Assembly (NCBI GenBank): GCA_016935835.1
Contig: JAFGQE010000003.1
Location: 5,063 to 69,062 of the forward strand
Direction: 5' to 3'
Origin: Clostridia bacterium
GTDB lineage: Bacteria; Bacillota; Clostridia; DUPQ01
DNA: 64,000 nt
A program made the translations under genes and the position numbers. The notes under the pieces were generated by a model that was given only the letters and a program-made list of their open reading frames with translations, was not told where the DNA came from and searched no databases. Position 1 is the stretch's first letter; every line of letters begins with the position of its first letter. Below, in pieces: positions 1 through 7,686 of the stretch.

Positions 1-1
1 G

Positions 2-187
2 ACATTTGGAAGCTTCGGATGGAGCGGGGAAGCCGCAACCTATATTGACGCTGAACTCGGAAAAACAAAACTAAAAAAGGCGGCCGAACCTGTGAAACTT
101 AAATACACTCCGACAAAAGAAGATTTTAAGCAATGTTTTGAAGCCGGGGTCAAACTTGCGGAGGCAATAAAAAATGATATTCAATGA
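2..187 (+). CDS. 3' end of an upstream gene (partial); flavodoxin-like C-terminal domain (...FGSFGWSGEAATYIDAELGK...), possibly from a flavodiiron or flavodoxin-domain protein
   Basis: Own translation of frame 2 from the window edge to TGA at 185-187; the GS(F/Y)GWSGEA motif is typical of flavodoxin-like domains. Its stop overlaps the start of the next gene. Confidence 0.3.
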   Translation, partial: TFGSFGWSGEAATYIDAELGKTKLKKAAEPVKLKYTPTKEDFKQCFEAGVKLAEAIKNDIQ

Positions 188-1001
188 CGACTGGCATATA
201 CACAGCGAGCATTCCTGCGACGGCGCATGCATGAGGATGGAAGACCTGGTGACAGGTGCGGCTGATAAAGGAATTATGGATTACGGCATAACCGACCATA
301 TTCACACTCAATATAATTTTCCGGACATAATAAACTCAAGGAAAGCATATGAAGTAAATAGAAAACCCGGATTTCACTTCGGTGTCGAAGTAAGCTGCGT
401 TTCCCGATGGGAGATTGACAAGGTTGCCGCCGGAGCCGGCGGGAAGCTTACATATGGAATAAGGGAAGGCGGACCTGCGGGCGGCGAGCTTGCGATTGCC
501 ATAGATGAGGATTATATCGATGCCCGGGGCATAGAATATGTTGTGGCCGGTACACATTGGTCCATGTACGCAGGGCATAGGGCCGAGGATCTGGTCAGGG
601 ATTACCATCGGCAGAATATGTTCCTATCGCAACACCGTCTGGTGGACATTGTCGCCCATCCATGGTGGTACTACGGCCCCTGTGAAGACGGGTGGACGAC
701 GGATTTCGGCATGATTCCCGAATCAATGCACGATGAGTTCGCAAGAAGCTGCATCGAAAACAACAAGCTGGTTGAGATTAACCTTGCGGCAATGCTGCTT
801 GCCAAAAACTACAGCGATAAATTCAAGCGTGAATATATGGAATATCTGGTATTTCTAAAGGAAGCAGGCGTAAGGTTTTCAATAGGGTCGGACTGCCACA
901 ATGAGTTTTACAATCTTGACATGCAGAAGGCATCGGACATGCTAGGGTCCGCTGGTTTTGAAGAATCTGATTTCCATAGCCCGGTGCCGCGGGTTTTGTG
1001 A
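174..1001 (+). CDS. PHP-domain (polymerase/histidinol phosphatase family) metal-dependent phosphoesterase
   Basis: ORF track 275 aa. The N-terminal WHIHSEHSCDG and the later ITDHIHT His-rich motifs are characteristic of PHP domains. Confidence 0.55.
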   Translation: MIFNDDWHIHSEHSCDGACMRMEDLVTGAADKGIMDYGITDHIHTQYNFPDIINSRKAYEVNRKPGFHFGVEVSCVSRWEIDKVAAGAGGKLTYGIREGGPAGGELAIAIDEDYIDARGIEYVVAGTHWSMYAGHRAEDLVRDYHRQNMFLSQHRLVDIVAHPWWYYGPCEDGWTTDFGMIPESMHDEFARSCIENNKLVEINLAAMLLAKNYSDKFKREYMEYLVFLKEAGVRFSIGSDCHNEFYNLDMQKASDMLGSAGFEESDFHSPVPRVL

Positions 1002-1121
1002 CAATGCCATGTGAAAGCTAAATGGCCGGGCGTATTTTTTGCATGCATGCAGCACGCGGGAATCTGGAAGCCAAGCCTTGTTCCCATGTATGCCTCCAGT
1101 TTTACCGAGGTGCGCCGTTAC

Positions 1122-1150
1122 TTGACAACGGTGGATTGATATATTATCAT
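1122..1150 (+). promoter_or_regulatory. Sigma-A-type promoter for the proS leader: TTGACA-17nt-TATCAT
   Basis: Read directly: TTGACA at 1122-1127, a 17-nt spacer, TATCAT at 1145-1150. Confidence 0.5.
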
Positions 1151-1156
1151 TCAGGT

Positions 1157-1360
1157 ACAATATTTCTGTTCCGATGACGAGAATAAGAAGACCGGAAGTT
1201 TCAGCGACGGGGGATGGTGCAAGCCCCGATCAAAGGTTTTCATCCCACCTTCGAGGAAAACGCGGTGCGGCGATAATGCATAAGTCCGGGAACAGCGGCC
1301 GGACGGGTGGTATAGCGAAGATTTCGTCCCGTGATTATATTTACGGGGCGTTTTATTTTG
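1157..1360 (+). promoter_or_regulatory. Putative T-box riboswitch leader of proS, with a T-box-like GGGTGGTATAGCG (1305-1317) followed by an intrinsic terminator (stem CCCGT/ACGGG 1328-1347, U-run 1351-1360)
   Basis: About 270 nt of untranslated leader lies between the promoter and the proS RBS. The GGGUGGUA core matches the T-box consensus AGGGUGGNACCGCG only partly. The terminator hairpin plus T-run sits immediately downstream. Aminoacyl-tRNA synthetase genes in Firmicutes are commonly T-box regulated. Confidence 0.45.
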
Positions 1361-1422
1361 AAAAGCAAGAATCCGTGAATCAGCGAAGAACTGAGCTGCG
1401 GACAATCAATATGGAGGGCAGG

Positions 1423-3120
1423 ATGAGATATTCACAGTTGTTCATACCGACTTTGAGGGAGGTTCCCGCGGAAGCGGAGATCGAGAGCCACAAGCTTATG
1501 ATAAGGGCCGGGCTCATAAGGAAATTTGCCTCGGGCATATATAATTTTCTTCCGCTTGGTTATCGTGTCTTTCGAAAGATAGAGAATATAATACGGGAGG
1601 AAATGGACAGGCAGGGAGGACAGGAGCTTCACATGTCCGCGCTGATACCGGCTGAGGTTCTCAGGGAGTCGGGAAGATGGGATGTCTTCGGGCCGGAGAT
1701 GTTCAAATTGACCGACCGCAGCAGCAGGGAGTTCTGCCTTGGTCCGACCCATGAGGAGTCATTTACGGTGAGCGTAAGAAATGAAGTGCGTTCCTACAAG
1801 AACCTCCCGCAGATACTTTATCAGATACAGACAAAATTCAGGGATGAGATAAGACCCCGATTCGGAGTCATGAGATGCCGGGAGTTCATTATGAAGGACG
1901 CCTACAGCTTTGACAGGGATGAGGCCGGCCTTGATGTGTCGTATCGCAAAATGCACGATGCTTATTGCTCGATCTTTGACAGGTGTGGGCTCGACTACAC
2001 GGTTGTGCAGGCGGATTCGGGGGCGATGGGAGGTTCGGGCTCCGAGGAGTTCATGGTGAAAAGCAATGTGGGCGAAGCTGCGATCGCTTATTGCGATGAT
2101 TGCGGTTATGCGGCGAATGATGAAAAGGCGCAGTGCGTCGAACCATCCGGCCCGGCTGTTTCGAAGCAAGCGGGAATGTTCGAAAAGGTCCATACCCCGG
2201 GAATTGGAAGCATTGACGACCTCTGCGGCTTCTTTGATTGCGGGGCTGAAAAATTCGCCAAGACGCTTATATATCTTGCCGACGGCAAGGCTGTTGCAGC
2301 GGTCATCAGGGGCGACAGGGATCTAAACGAGACCAAGCTGCAGAATCTTCTTGGATGCGTAGTTCTGGAAATGGCCGATCCTGAAAGCATCAGGAAATCC
2401 ACCGGGGCGGAGGTTGGCTTTGCCGGGCCTGTCGGCCTTGGGATCAGGAAGATTATGGACCTTGAAGTCAGGCATATGGTAAATTTCATAACCGGTGCCA
2501 ATGAAACCGATTATCATTTGAAGAATGTAAACCCGGCCGATTGCGGCAATGTTGAATATGCGGATATAAGAAACATAGCGTCAGGGGACGGCTGCCCGGT
2601 ATGCGGCAGTCCGGTGAAAATGGACAGGGGGATAGAAGTCGGACATATATTCAAGCTCGGTACCAAGTACTCCGATGCGCTCGGTTGCACATACCTTGAT
2701 GAGAACGGCAAGGAAAGGCCGATGGTCATGGGAAGCTACGGGATAGGCGTAGCCCGCACCATGGCTGCCATCATTGAACAGAACAACGATTCCGGGGGGA
2801 TCATCTGGCCTGTTGGAGTCGCGCCGTATCAGGTCATCATAATACCGGTCAACACAACTAATGAAGAGCAGGTCGCCCTCTCTGAGGAACTTTATTCAAA
2901 ATTGATTGATGCGGGGATTGACGTATTGCTCGACGACAGGAAGGAACGCGCCGGGGTCAAGTTCAATGACGCCGACCTAATAGGAATTCCGGTCAGGATC
3001 ACAGTTGGAAAAAGGGCGGCTGAAGGCGTCGTGGAGTACAAGATGCGAAGGGATGCTAAAAGCACCGACATGGAATCCGGGGCAGCCCTGGACAGAATCC
3101 GCACCGACCTGGGGTTATAG
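1423..3120 (+). CDS. proS: Prolyl-tRNA synthetase (bacterial type with editing domain)
   Basis: The ORF track 1174..3120 frame starts to look like ProS at [34 protein letters not shown], which matches the canonical ProS N-terminus. GGAGGG RBS at 1413-1418. The ORF portion 5' of this is leader, not protein. Confidence 0.93.
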   Translation: MRYSQLFIPTLREVPAEAEIESHKLMIRAGLIRKFASGIYNFLPLGYRVFRKIENIIREEMDRQGGQELHMSALIPAEVLRESGRWDVFGPEMFKLTDRSSREFCLGPTHEESFTVSVRNEVRSYKNLPQILYQIQTKFRDEIRPRFGVMRCREFIMKDAYSFDRDEAGLDVSYRKMHDAYCSIFDRCGLDYTVVQADSGAMGGSGSEEFMVKSNVGEAAIAYCDDCGYAANDEKAQCVEPSGPAVSKQAGMFEKVHTPGIGSIDDLCGFFDCGAEKFAKTLIYLADGKAVAAVIRGDRDLNETKLQNLLGCVVLEMADPESIRKSTGAEVGFAGPVGLGIRKIMDLEVRHMVNFITGANETDYHLKNVNPADCGNVEYADIRNIASGDGCPVCGSPVKMDRGIEVGHIFKLGTKYSDALGCTYLDENGKERPMVMGSYGIGVARTMAAIIEQNNDSGGIIWPVGVAPYQVIIIPVNTTNEEQVALSEELYSKLIDAGIDVLLDDRKERAGVKFNDADLIGIPVRITVGKRAAEGVVEYKMRRDAKSTDMESGAALDRIRTDLGL

Positions 3121-3154
3121 TCAAACCGCATGTTTCAGACGCGAAAAAGGACTG

Positions 3155-3169
3155 TTAACAAATTGTTAA
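3155..3169. promoter_or_regulatory. Perfect 7-1-7 palindrome TTAACAAATTGTTAA next to an extended -10 (TGgTATACT, 3190-3198); candidate operator
   Basis: Read directly from the sequence. It lies about 20 bp upstream of the extended -10 of the J-like/MoxR operon, i.e. over the -35 region. Confidence 0.3.
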
Positions 3170-3222
3170 TATATCTTGTGTTGGCCGGATGGTATACTGT
3201 TTGTTAGAAAGAGGTGGTTCAT

Positions 3223-4056
3223 ATGGATGAAAAAATGACAAGGGAACAGGCATTTGAAATCCTCCAGATCGACCCTTCCACGCCAACGGATAAAGTCAAG
3301 ATAAAGTATGAGAATTTCATGAGGCGCGCGAAATTCGATGATACACTGGATGATCGCCTTATAACGAAGGCCTACGATACGATAATGGGAATCGACTGGG
3401 GCAATTTCGAGCCTGACGAGGCATATGCCAAAAAGGGCATAAACAAGAAGAAAATAGAGAATTTCTTCTATCTGTATAAGCGGAACCTCGCTTATGGCGC
3501 AGTGGTTCTTGTGATGGTTACGGTTATACTTCTGTTGATATTTACAGGGCGCGTCAAATACGATTATCAAATTACCCTTATAGGATCGCTCAATATTTCA
3601 GACCAGGAAGTCATGGCCGACTATTATGAAGAGCTGCTGGGGGTTGAGAATGTGATGATTGACTACATTCTAATACAGACCGATTCTGCCGACGGCGCCC
3701 TGACGGGAGAGAGCATGAACAAGCTTTTCGGAGACTTGAACGGGGGTGATTCCGACTTGTTCATAGTTAATCCTGAGTTTGCGAAATTCCTTTCATACGA
3801 CGGAGCCCTGCTGGACATGACCCCTTATCTTGCTGACATGGGTATTGCAGCCGATGACCCTGACCTGCTTCGCTGGTATAAGGAAGGCAACGGGGAAATA
3901 GCAGCCGCATATAAGTTCGGCAACCAGAGCATCTTCAACAGCGGGACCACGGGAAGGGTTCCTGAATATTTTTGCATGCCATACCAGGCTGAGTTCAGCG
4001 ATAAAACCGCCGCTGTTGTAAAAGATTTGATTGAACAAAATAAAGGAACCGAATAA
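3223..4056 (+). CDS. Hypothetical single-pass membrane protein with an N-terminal degenerate J-domain-like region (no HPD), one TM helix and a ~170-aa C-terminal domain
   Basis: ORF track 3214..4056. The ATG at 3223 is preceded by AGAGGTGG RBS. Helix II/III-like EQAFEILQIDPSTPTDKVKIKYENFMRRAKFDD lacks the HPD motif. TM segment AYGAVVLVMVTVILLLIFTG. Confidence 0.55.
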   Translation: MDEKMTREQAFEILQIDPSTPTDKVKIKYENFMRRAKFDDTLDDRLITKAYDTIMGIDWGNFEPDEAYAKKGINKKKIENFFYLYKRNLAYGAVVLVMVTVILLLIFTGRVKYDYQITLIGSLNISDQEVMADYYEELLGVENVMIDYILIQTDSADGALTGESMNKLFGDLNGGDSDLFIVNPEFAKFLSYDGALLDMTPYLADMGIAADDPDLLRWYKEGNGEIAAAYKFGNQSIFNSGTTGRVPEYFCMPYQAEFSDKTAAVVKDLIEQNKGTE

Positions 4057-4068
4057 GGAGTAAAGTAA

Positions 4069-5034
4069 ATGGAAGTTGCAAGAATAAAGGAGTTTTCAAA
4101 AAAGGTAAAGGACAACATAGGCCGGGTGATTGTAGGCAAGGATGATGTAATCGACCTGGTGTTGGTTTCCCTGTTCTGTTCGGGGCATGTTCTTTTGGAG
4201 GATGTGCCGGGATTGGGAAAGACTGTGCTTGCGAAAAGCCTGGCCAGGTCGGTGGACTGCGGATTCAGAAGAATCCAGTTTACGCCCGACCTCCTGCCGT
4301 CGGATCTTACGGGAATAAGCATATATAACCAGAAGGAATCCGATTTTGTCTTCAGGATGGGTCCGCTGTTCACGAATATCGTGCTGGCTGATGAAATAAA
4401 CAGGGCGACTCCTAGAACGCAGTCAGCATTGCTGGAGTGCATGGAGGAACGCCAGATAACGGTTGAAGGAGATACAAGGAAACTTGACGCTCCATTTTTT
4501 GTCATAGCCACCCAGAATCCGTTGGAAACCCAGGGAACATTTCCTCTGCCCGAAGCCCAGATGGACAGGTTTTTCATGAGATTGTCAATAGGATATCCTG
4601 ATGTTGAGCAGGGACTGGCGATACTGAACAGATTTGAATCCGAAGAGCCTTTTGACGAACTTGGCAGTGTGGCGACGGGCGCGGATATAATAGAGGTTCA
4701 GAAGGACATGAAGAATGTGTCGATAAGCGATGACATAAAGAGATATATCATGGACATAGTCGAGGCAACCAGGAACAGCACAAGGCTTGCGCTTGGTCTG
4801 AGCCCCAGGGGAAGCCTGGCATTGATGAGGGCGGCGAGGGCATATGCGGCGATCAACGGAAGGGATTTTGTAATTCCGGAGGATGTCAAGAAAGTATGCG
4901 TTTCCGTAACCGCCCACCGGGTTATGCTAAAAGGACATGCAATGTCGTCCGGTACACGGGGAACCATATCGGCCATTGAGGAAATTCTTGCATCGGTAAA
5001 GACTCCCACGGAAGAAATCGAAAGGGAAAACTGA
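4069..5034 (+). CDS. MoxR-family AAA+ ATPase
   Basis: Walker A (LLEDVPGLGKT) and Walker B (IVLADEINRA) motifs, size ~320 aa, AAGGAG RBS. Start/stop is coupled to the next gene by an ATGA overlap. Confidence 0.9.
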   Translation: MEVARIKEFSKKVKDNIGRVIVGKDDVIDLVLVSLFCSGHVLLEDVPGLGKTVLAKSLARSVDCGFRRIQFTPDLLPSDLTGISIYNQKESDFVFRMGPLFTNIVLADEINRATPRTQSALLECMEERQITVEGDTRKLDAPFFVIATQNPLETQGTFPLPEAQMDRFFMRLSIGYPDVEQGLAILNRFESEEPFDELGSVATGADIIEVQKDMKNVSISDDIKRYIMDIVEATRNSTRLALGLSPRGSLALMRAARAYAAINGRDFVIPEDVKKVCVSVTAHRVMLKGHAMSSGTRGTISAIEEILASVKTPTEEIEREN

Positions 5035-6179
5035 TGGAACTGGTATTTGTAGTCATTTTATTGATGATCTTTTTTCTGTTTGAGATCATGTTTTTTAAGA
5101 TTACGCTCATGCGCGGCTTGAAATACTCGCTTTCATTCAGCAAACTCGAGGCTTTTGAAGGCGACGAGATGTTCATCGATGAAGAAATCTACAATAGGAA
5201 ACCGGTGCCGGTGCCGTGGGTCAGGGCAGACATACATTCATCGAAGTGGCTGGAGTTTGCAGATGCCAGCTCATCCATTGTCGATGAGAGAAGATTTGTG
5301 ACAAGCGGATTCATGCTGCGTTCATATCAGAGGACCAAAAGGCGCTGGTATATGAAATGCACGAAGCGGGGCATATTCGACATAGACAATGCAACTGTCA
5401 TCTGCGGTGATGTGCTTGGCCTGATATCGGATTCAAAGGCTGTTCCGATCAACAAGAGGCTGGTTGTTTATCCCGGGATGATAGATGTCAATGAGATGTT
5501 CTTTTCAACCAGGGATATCCTCGGTGATGCCGTGGTGAAAAGATTCATAATGGACGATCCCTTTATTGTCAAAGGCATACGGGAATATATTCCGGGCGAC
5601 TCCATCAACAGGGTCAACTGGAAGGCCACCGCGCGCGCCGATAAGCTCATGGTCAATGAAAACGATTTTACGACCAAGATCGGAATAACCGTCCTAATGA
5701 ATGTGCAGTCGGATTATGAGGAGTTTGATTATGTCAAGAACAAGGATGTAATAGAACTTGCCATAAAGGTTTCCGCGACCGCCCTGAACAGAGGATATAC
5801 GCAGGGGGTTCCAGTAAGGTTCGGAAGCAACGCCTGCACGGGCGATGATGAAGTGAATATGATCATGACCGAATCAGGGACCGGACAGGAGCATATGCGG
5901 CACATGCTGTACACACTCGCGCAGATCAGGATGAAGAATATAAGGAGTTTTGAAATTTTCCTGGCTCAGCTGGAGAACAAGATAAGCAATACCCAGGTCT
6001 ATATCATAACTTCCTTCCTCAGCAGGGAAATACTGGATGAGGCCGGAAGGCTGGGTAAGCTTGACAATACCGTGAAGGTTCTGGTGCTTGACACGCCGTC
6101 AGAGGATACTCCGGCGAGTCCCGATGTGGAAGTGTTCCATATGAGGAGAAAGCCCTGGAAAACCGAGGGGGAGATCTGA
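5034..6179 (+). CDS. DUF58 (vWA-like) protein, the usual partner of MoxR ATPases
   Basis: Conserved DUF58 signature YIPGDSINRVNWKATARADKLMVNE. The gene order MoxR-DUF58 is typical. Confidence 0.8.
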   Translation: MELVFVVILLMIFFLFEIMFFKITLMRGLKYSLSFSKLEAFEGDEMFIDEEIYNRKPVPVPWVRADIHSSKWLEFADASSSIVDERRFVTSGFMLRSYQRTKRRWYMKCTKRGIFDIDNATVICGDVLGLISDSKAVPINKRLVVYPGMIDVNEMFFSTRDILGDAVVKRFIMDDPFIVKGIREYIPGDSINRVNWKATARADKLMVNENDFTTKIGITVLMNVQSDYEEFDYVKNKDVIELAIKVSATALNRGYTQGVPVRFGSNACTGDDEVNMIMTESGTGQEHMRHMLYTLAQIRMKNIRSFEIFLAQLENKISNTQVYIITSFLSREILDEAGRLGKLDNTVKVLVLDTPSEDTPASPDVEVFHMRRKPWKTEGEI

Positions 6180-7588
6180 TGACAGGGAACAGAACCACGC
6201 TATTGCGAAAAATAATACCATTCATAGCCATCGCCGGAAGCTGGGGAGGCCTCTCAACGGCTGCAATGCAGATGGCGGGAAGCGAAGACACATTTTTCAA
6301 AACCGGGGTTACTCTCCTTTTATACATATTGGCGGGAACGATTGCGGGCTTTGCCGCGGTGCTTATTTTCGAGAGACGGGGCAGGGATATCATTTCCAGA
6401 AATGTAAAGGGAAATATCTATATAATCAAGCAGCCCGTGTACTTTTTAACCGCCGCGGCAATGATGGTCGCCTTTATAACGAACATGAAGCCTGCCGGCG
6501 CGACCGGTATGACGGCCGCTGTCTTTTTTGGTTTCGCATTCTTTCTGGGCCTGTCGAACGGATTGTTCGATTACAGGGAAAGTGTTTCAAGGAACATACT
6601 GTATCTTGGAGCGGTGCCGATAGGGTTGGGTTTTGTTTACGGCTATTACATTAATGGCGGCGACCAGGCAATAAACATGGTATGGCTGTATGGTTCGGCA
6701 TATCTTTTCAGCTACCTGCTGTTTGTCAACAGGATGAAGCTGAACTCAATCATTTTCTTCAGAAAATCGGTTAACATCGAGGACAGCAAGAAAATCAGGA
6801 TGTTCAACGACTGGCTCATCATTCTCCTGTATATGTTTTATCTTGTCCTGTTCAACTTCAGGAAACTTCTGAATGTGAGTTATGATATCATACTAAGGAT
6901 AATCAACTGGTCCCTGGCCGTCATGTCGGCTATCATGGAATGGCTTCTGGCCGAAGGAGACAGCCTGGAACGGGAGGACCTCAGCGAAAAAGAGAAGCTG
7001 GATGAAGCCGTCTACCCAGAGAATCCTTTGCTGGAGAAAATCCTGAAGATAATCATGTATACGCTTTTCGCCGCGCTTGCGGTCGCGATAGTCGTCGTTC
7101 TGGTTGCCACTATTATCAAGATAATAAAGAAAATCGCGGAAAAACTGCGCAGCAACTACAACAGGTCCATGAGTGAAAAAAAAGTCGAATCCAAGGAATA
7201 TGTCGAGGAGAGCGAGATAATCAAGGACACGGCCAACAAAGACAGCCTGCGTCGCAGAAAGAAGAAATTCAGATACAGTTTGAAAAAACTCGGGGACATA
7301 CCGCTTGCCGGCGACAAGGTAAGGTATGTATACGGATTTGTTCTGGAAAGACTGTATCACAGGCAGGTTGCAATTGAGCCAAGCGATACTCCTGAGGAAA
7401 TCATCGGGAAAATCAGGCGGATCAGGAATGGCGGCAGTCTGAATCAAATGGGATTTGAAGAATTTACGGAAAAGTACAGGAAAGCCAGGTACAGCGGAAA
7501 AGACATCGAACCTGATGAAAACCTGCTTGATAAGGCGGAGAAATTTGAAAAGGCCATATCCGGATTACAAACGGATTCAGATAAATAG
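6179..7588 (+). CDS. Polytopic membrane protein, third member of the MoxR/DUF58 operon (DUF4129/transglutaminase-associated type C-terminal region)
   Basis: Multiple hydrophobic helices in the N-terminal 250 aa. Charged coiled region, then a C-terminal YVYGFVLERLYHRQVAIEPSDTPEEI segment resembling DUF4129. Start overlaps the DUF58 stop. Confidence 0.55.
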   Translation: MTGNRTTLLRKIIPFIAIAGSWGGLSTAAMQMAGSEDTFFKTGVTLLLYILAGTIAGFAAVLIFERRGRDIISRNVKGNIYIIKQPVYFLTAAAMMVAFITNMKPAGATGMTAAVFFGFAFFLGLSNGLFDYRESVSRNILYLGAVPIGLGFVYGYYINGGDQAINMVWLYGSAYLFSYLLFVNRMKLNSIIFFRKSVNIEDSKKIRMFNDWLIILLYMFYLVLFNFRKLLNVSYDIILRIINWSLAVMSAIMEWLLAEGDSLEREDLSEKEKLDEAVYPENPLLEKILKIIMYTLFAALAVAIVVVLVATIIKIIKKIAEKLRSNYNRSMSEKKVESKEYVEESEIIKDTANKDSLRRRKKKFRYSLKKLGDIPLAGDKVRYVYGFVLERLYHRQVAIEPSDTPEEIIGKIRRIRNGGSLNQMGFEEFTEKYRKARYSGKDIEPDENLLDKAEKFEKAISGLQTDSDK

Positions 7589-7612
7589 GCGCAGGGCCCA
7601 TATTCCGGGGAA

Positions 7613-7641
7613 TTGACTTTTAGGAAAAGCGTCAATATAAT
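7613..7641 (+). promoter_or_regulatory. Consensus sigma-A promoter of lon: TTGACT-17nt-TATAAT
   Basis: Read directly. Followed by a small hairpin GCAGG-TTTTTG-CCTGC plus a T-run at 7648-7668 in the leader. Confidence 0.6.
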
Positions 7642-7686
7642 GTTTAGGCAGGTTTTTGCCTGCTTTTTCGGCTAGAAGGAGCTTAT

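Noticed and set aside
1174-1422. The 5' extension of the proS ORF in the six-frame track (MTRIRRPEV...)
   Set aside because: This region lies downstream of a consensus promoter and contains a T-box-like motif plus a terminator hairpin. The ProS homology only begins at MRYSQLF (1423), which has its own GGAGGG RBS.
7589-7686. CIRCE (HrcA) or CtsR operator upstream of lon
   Set aside because: No TTAGCACTC-N9-GAGTGCTAA element, and only a single GTCAA heptad rather than the tandem CtsR box.
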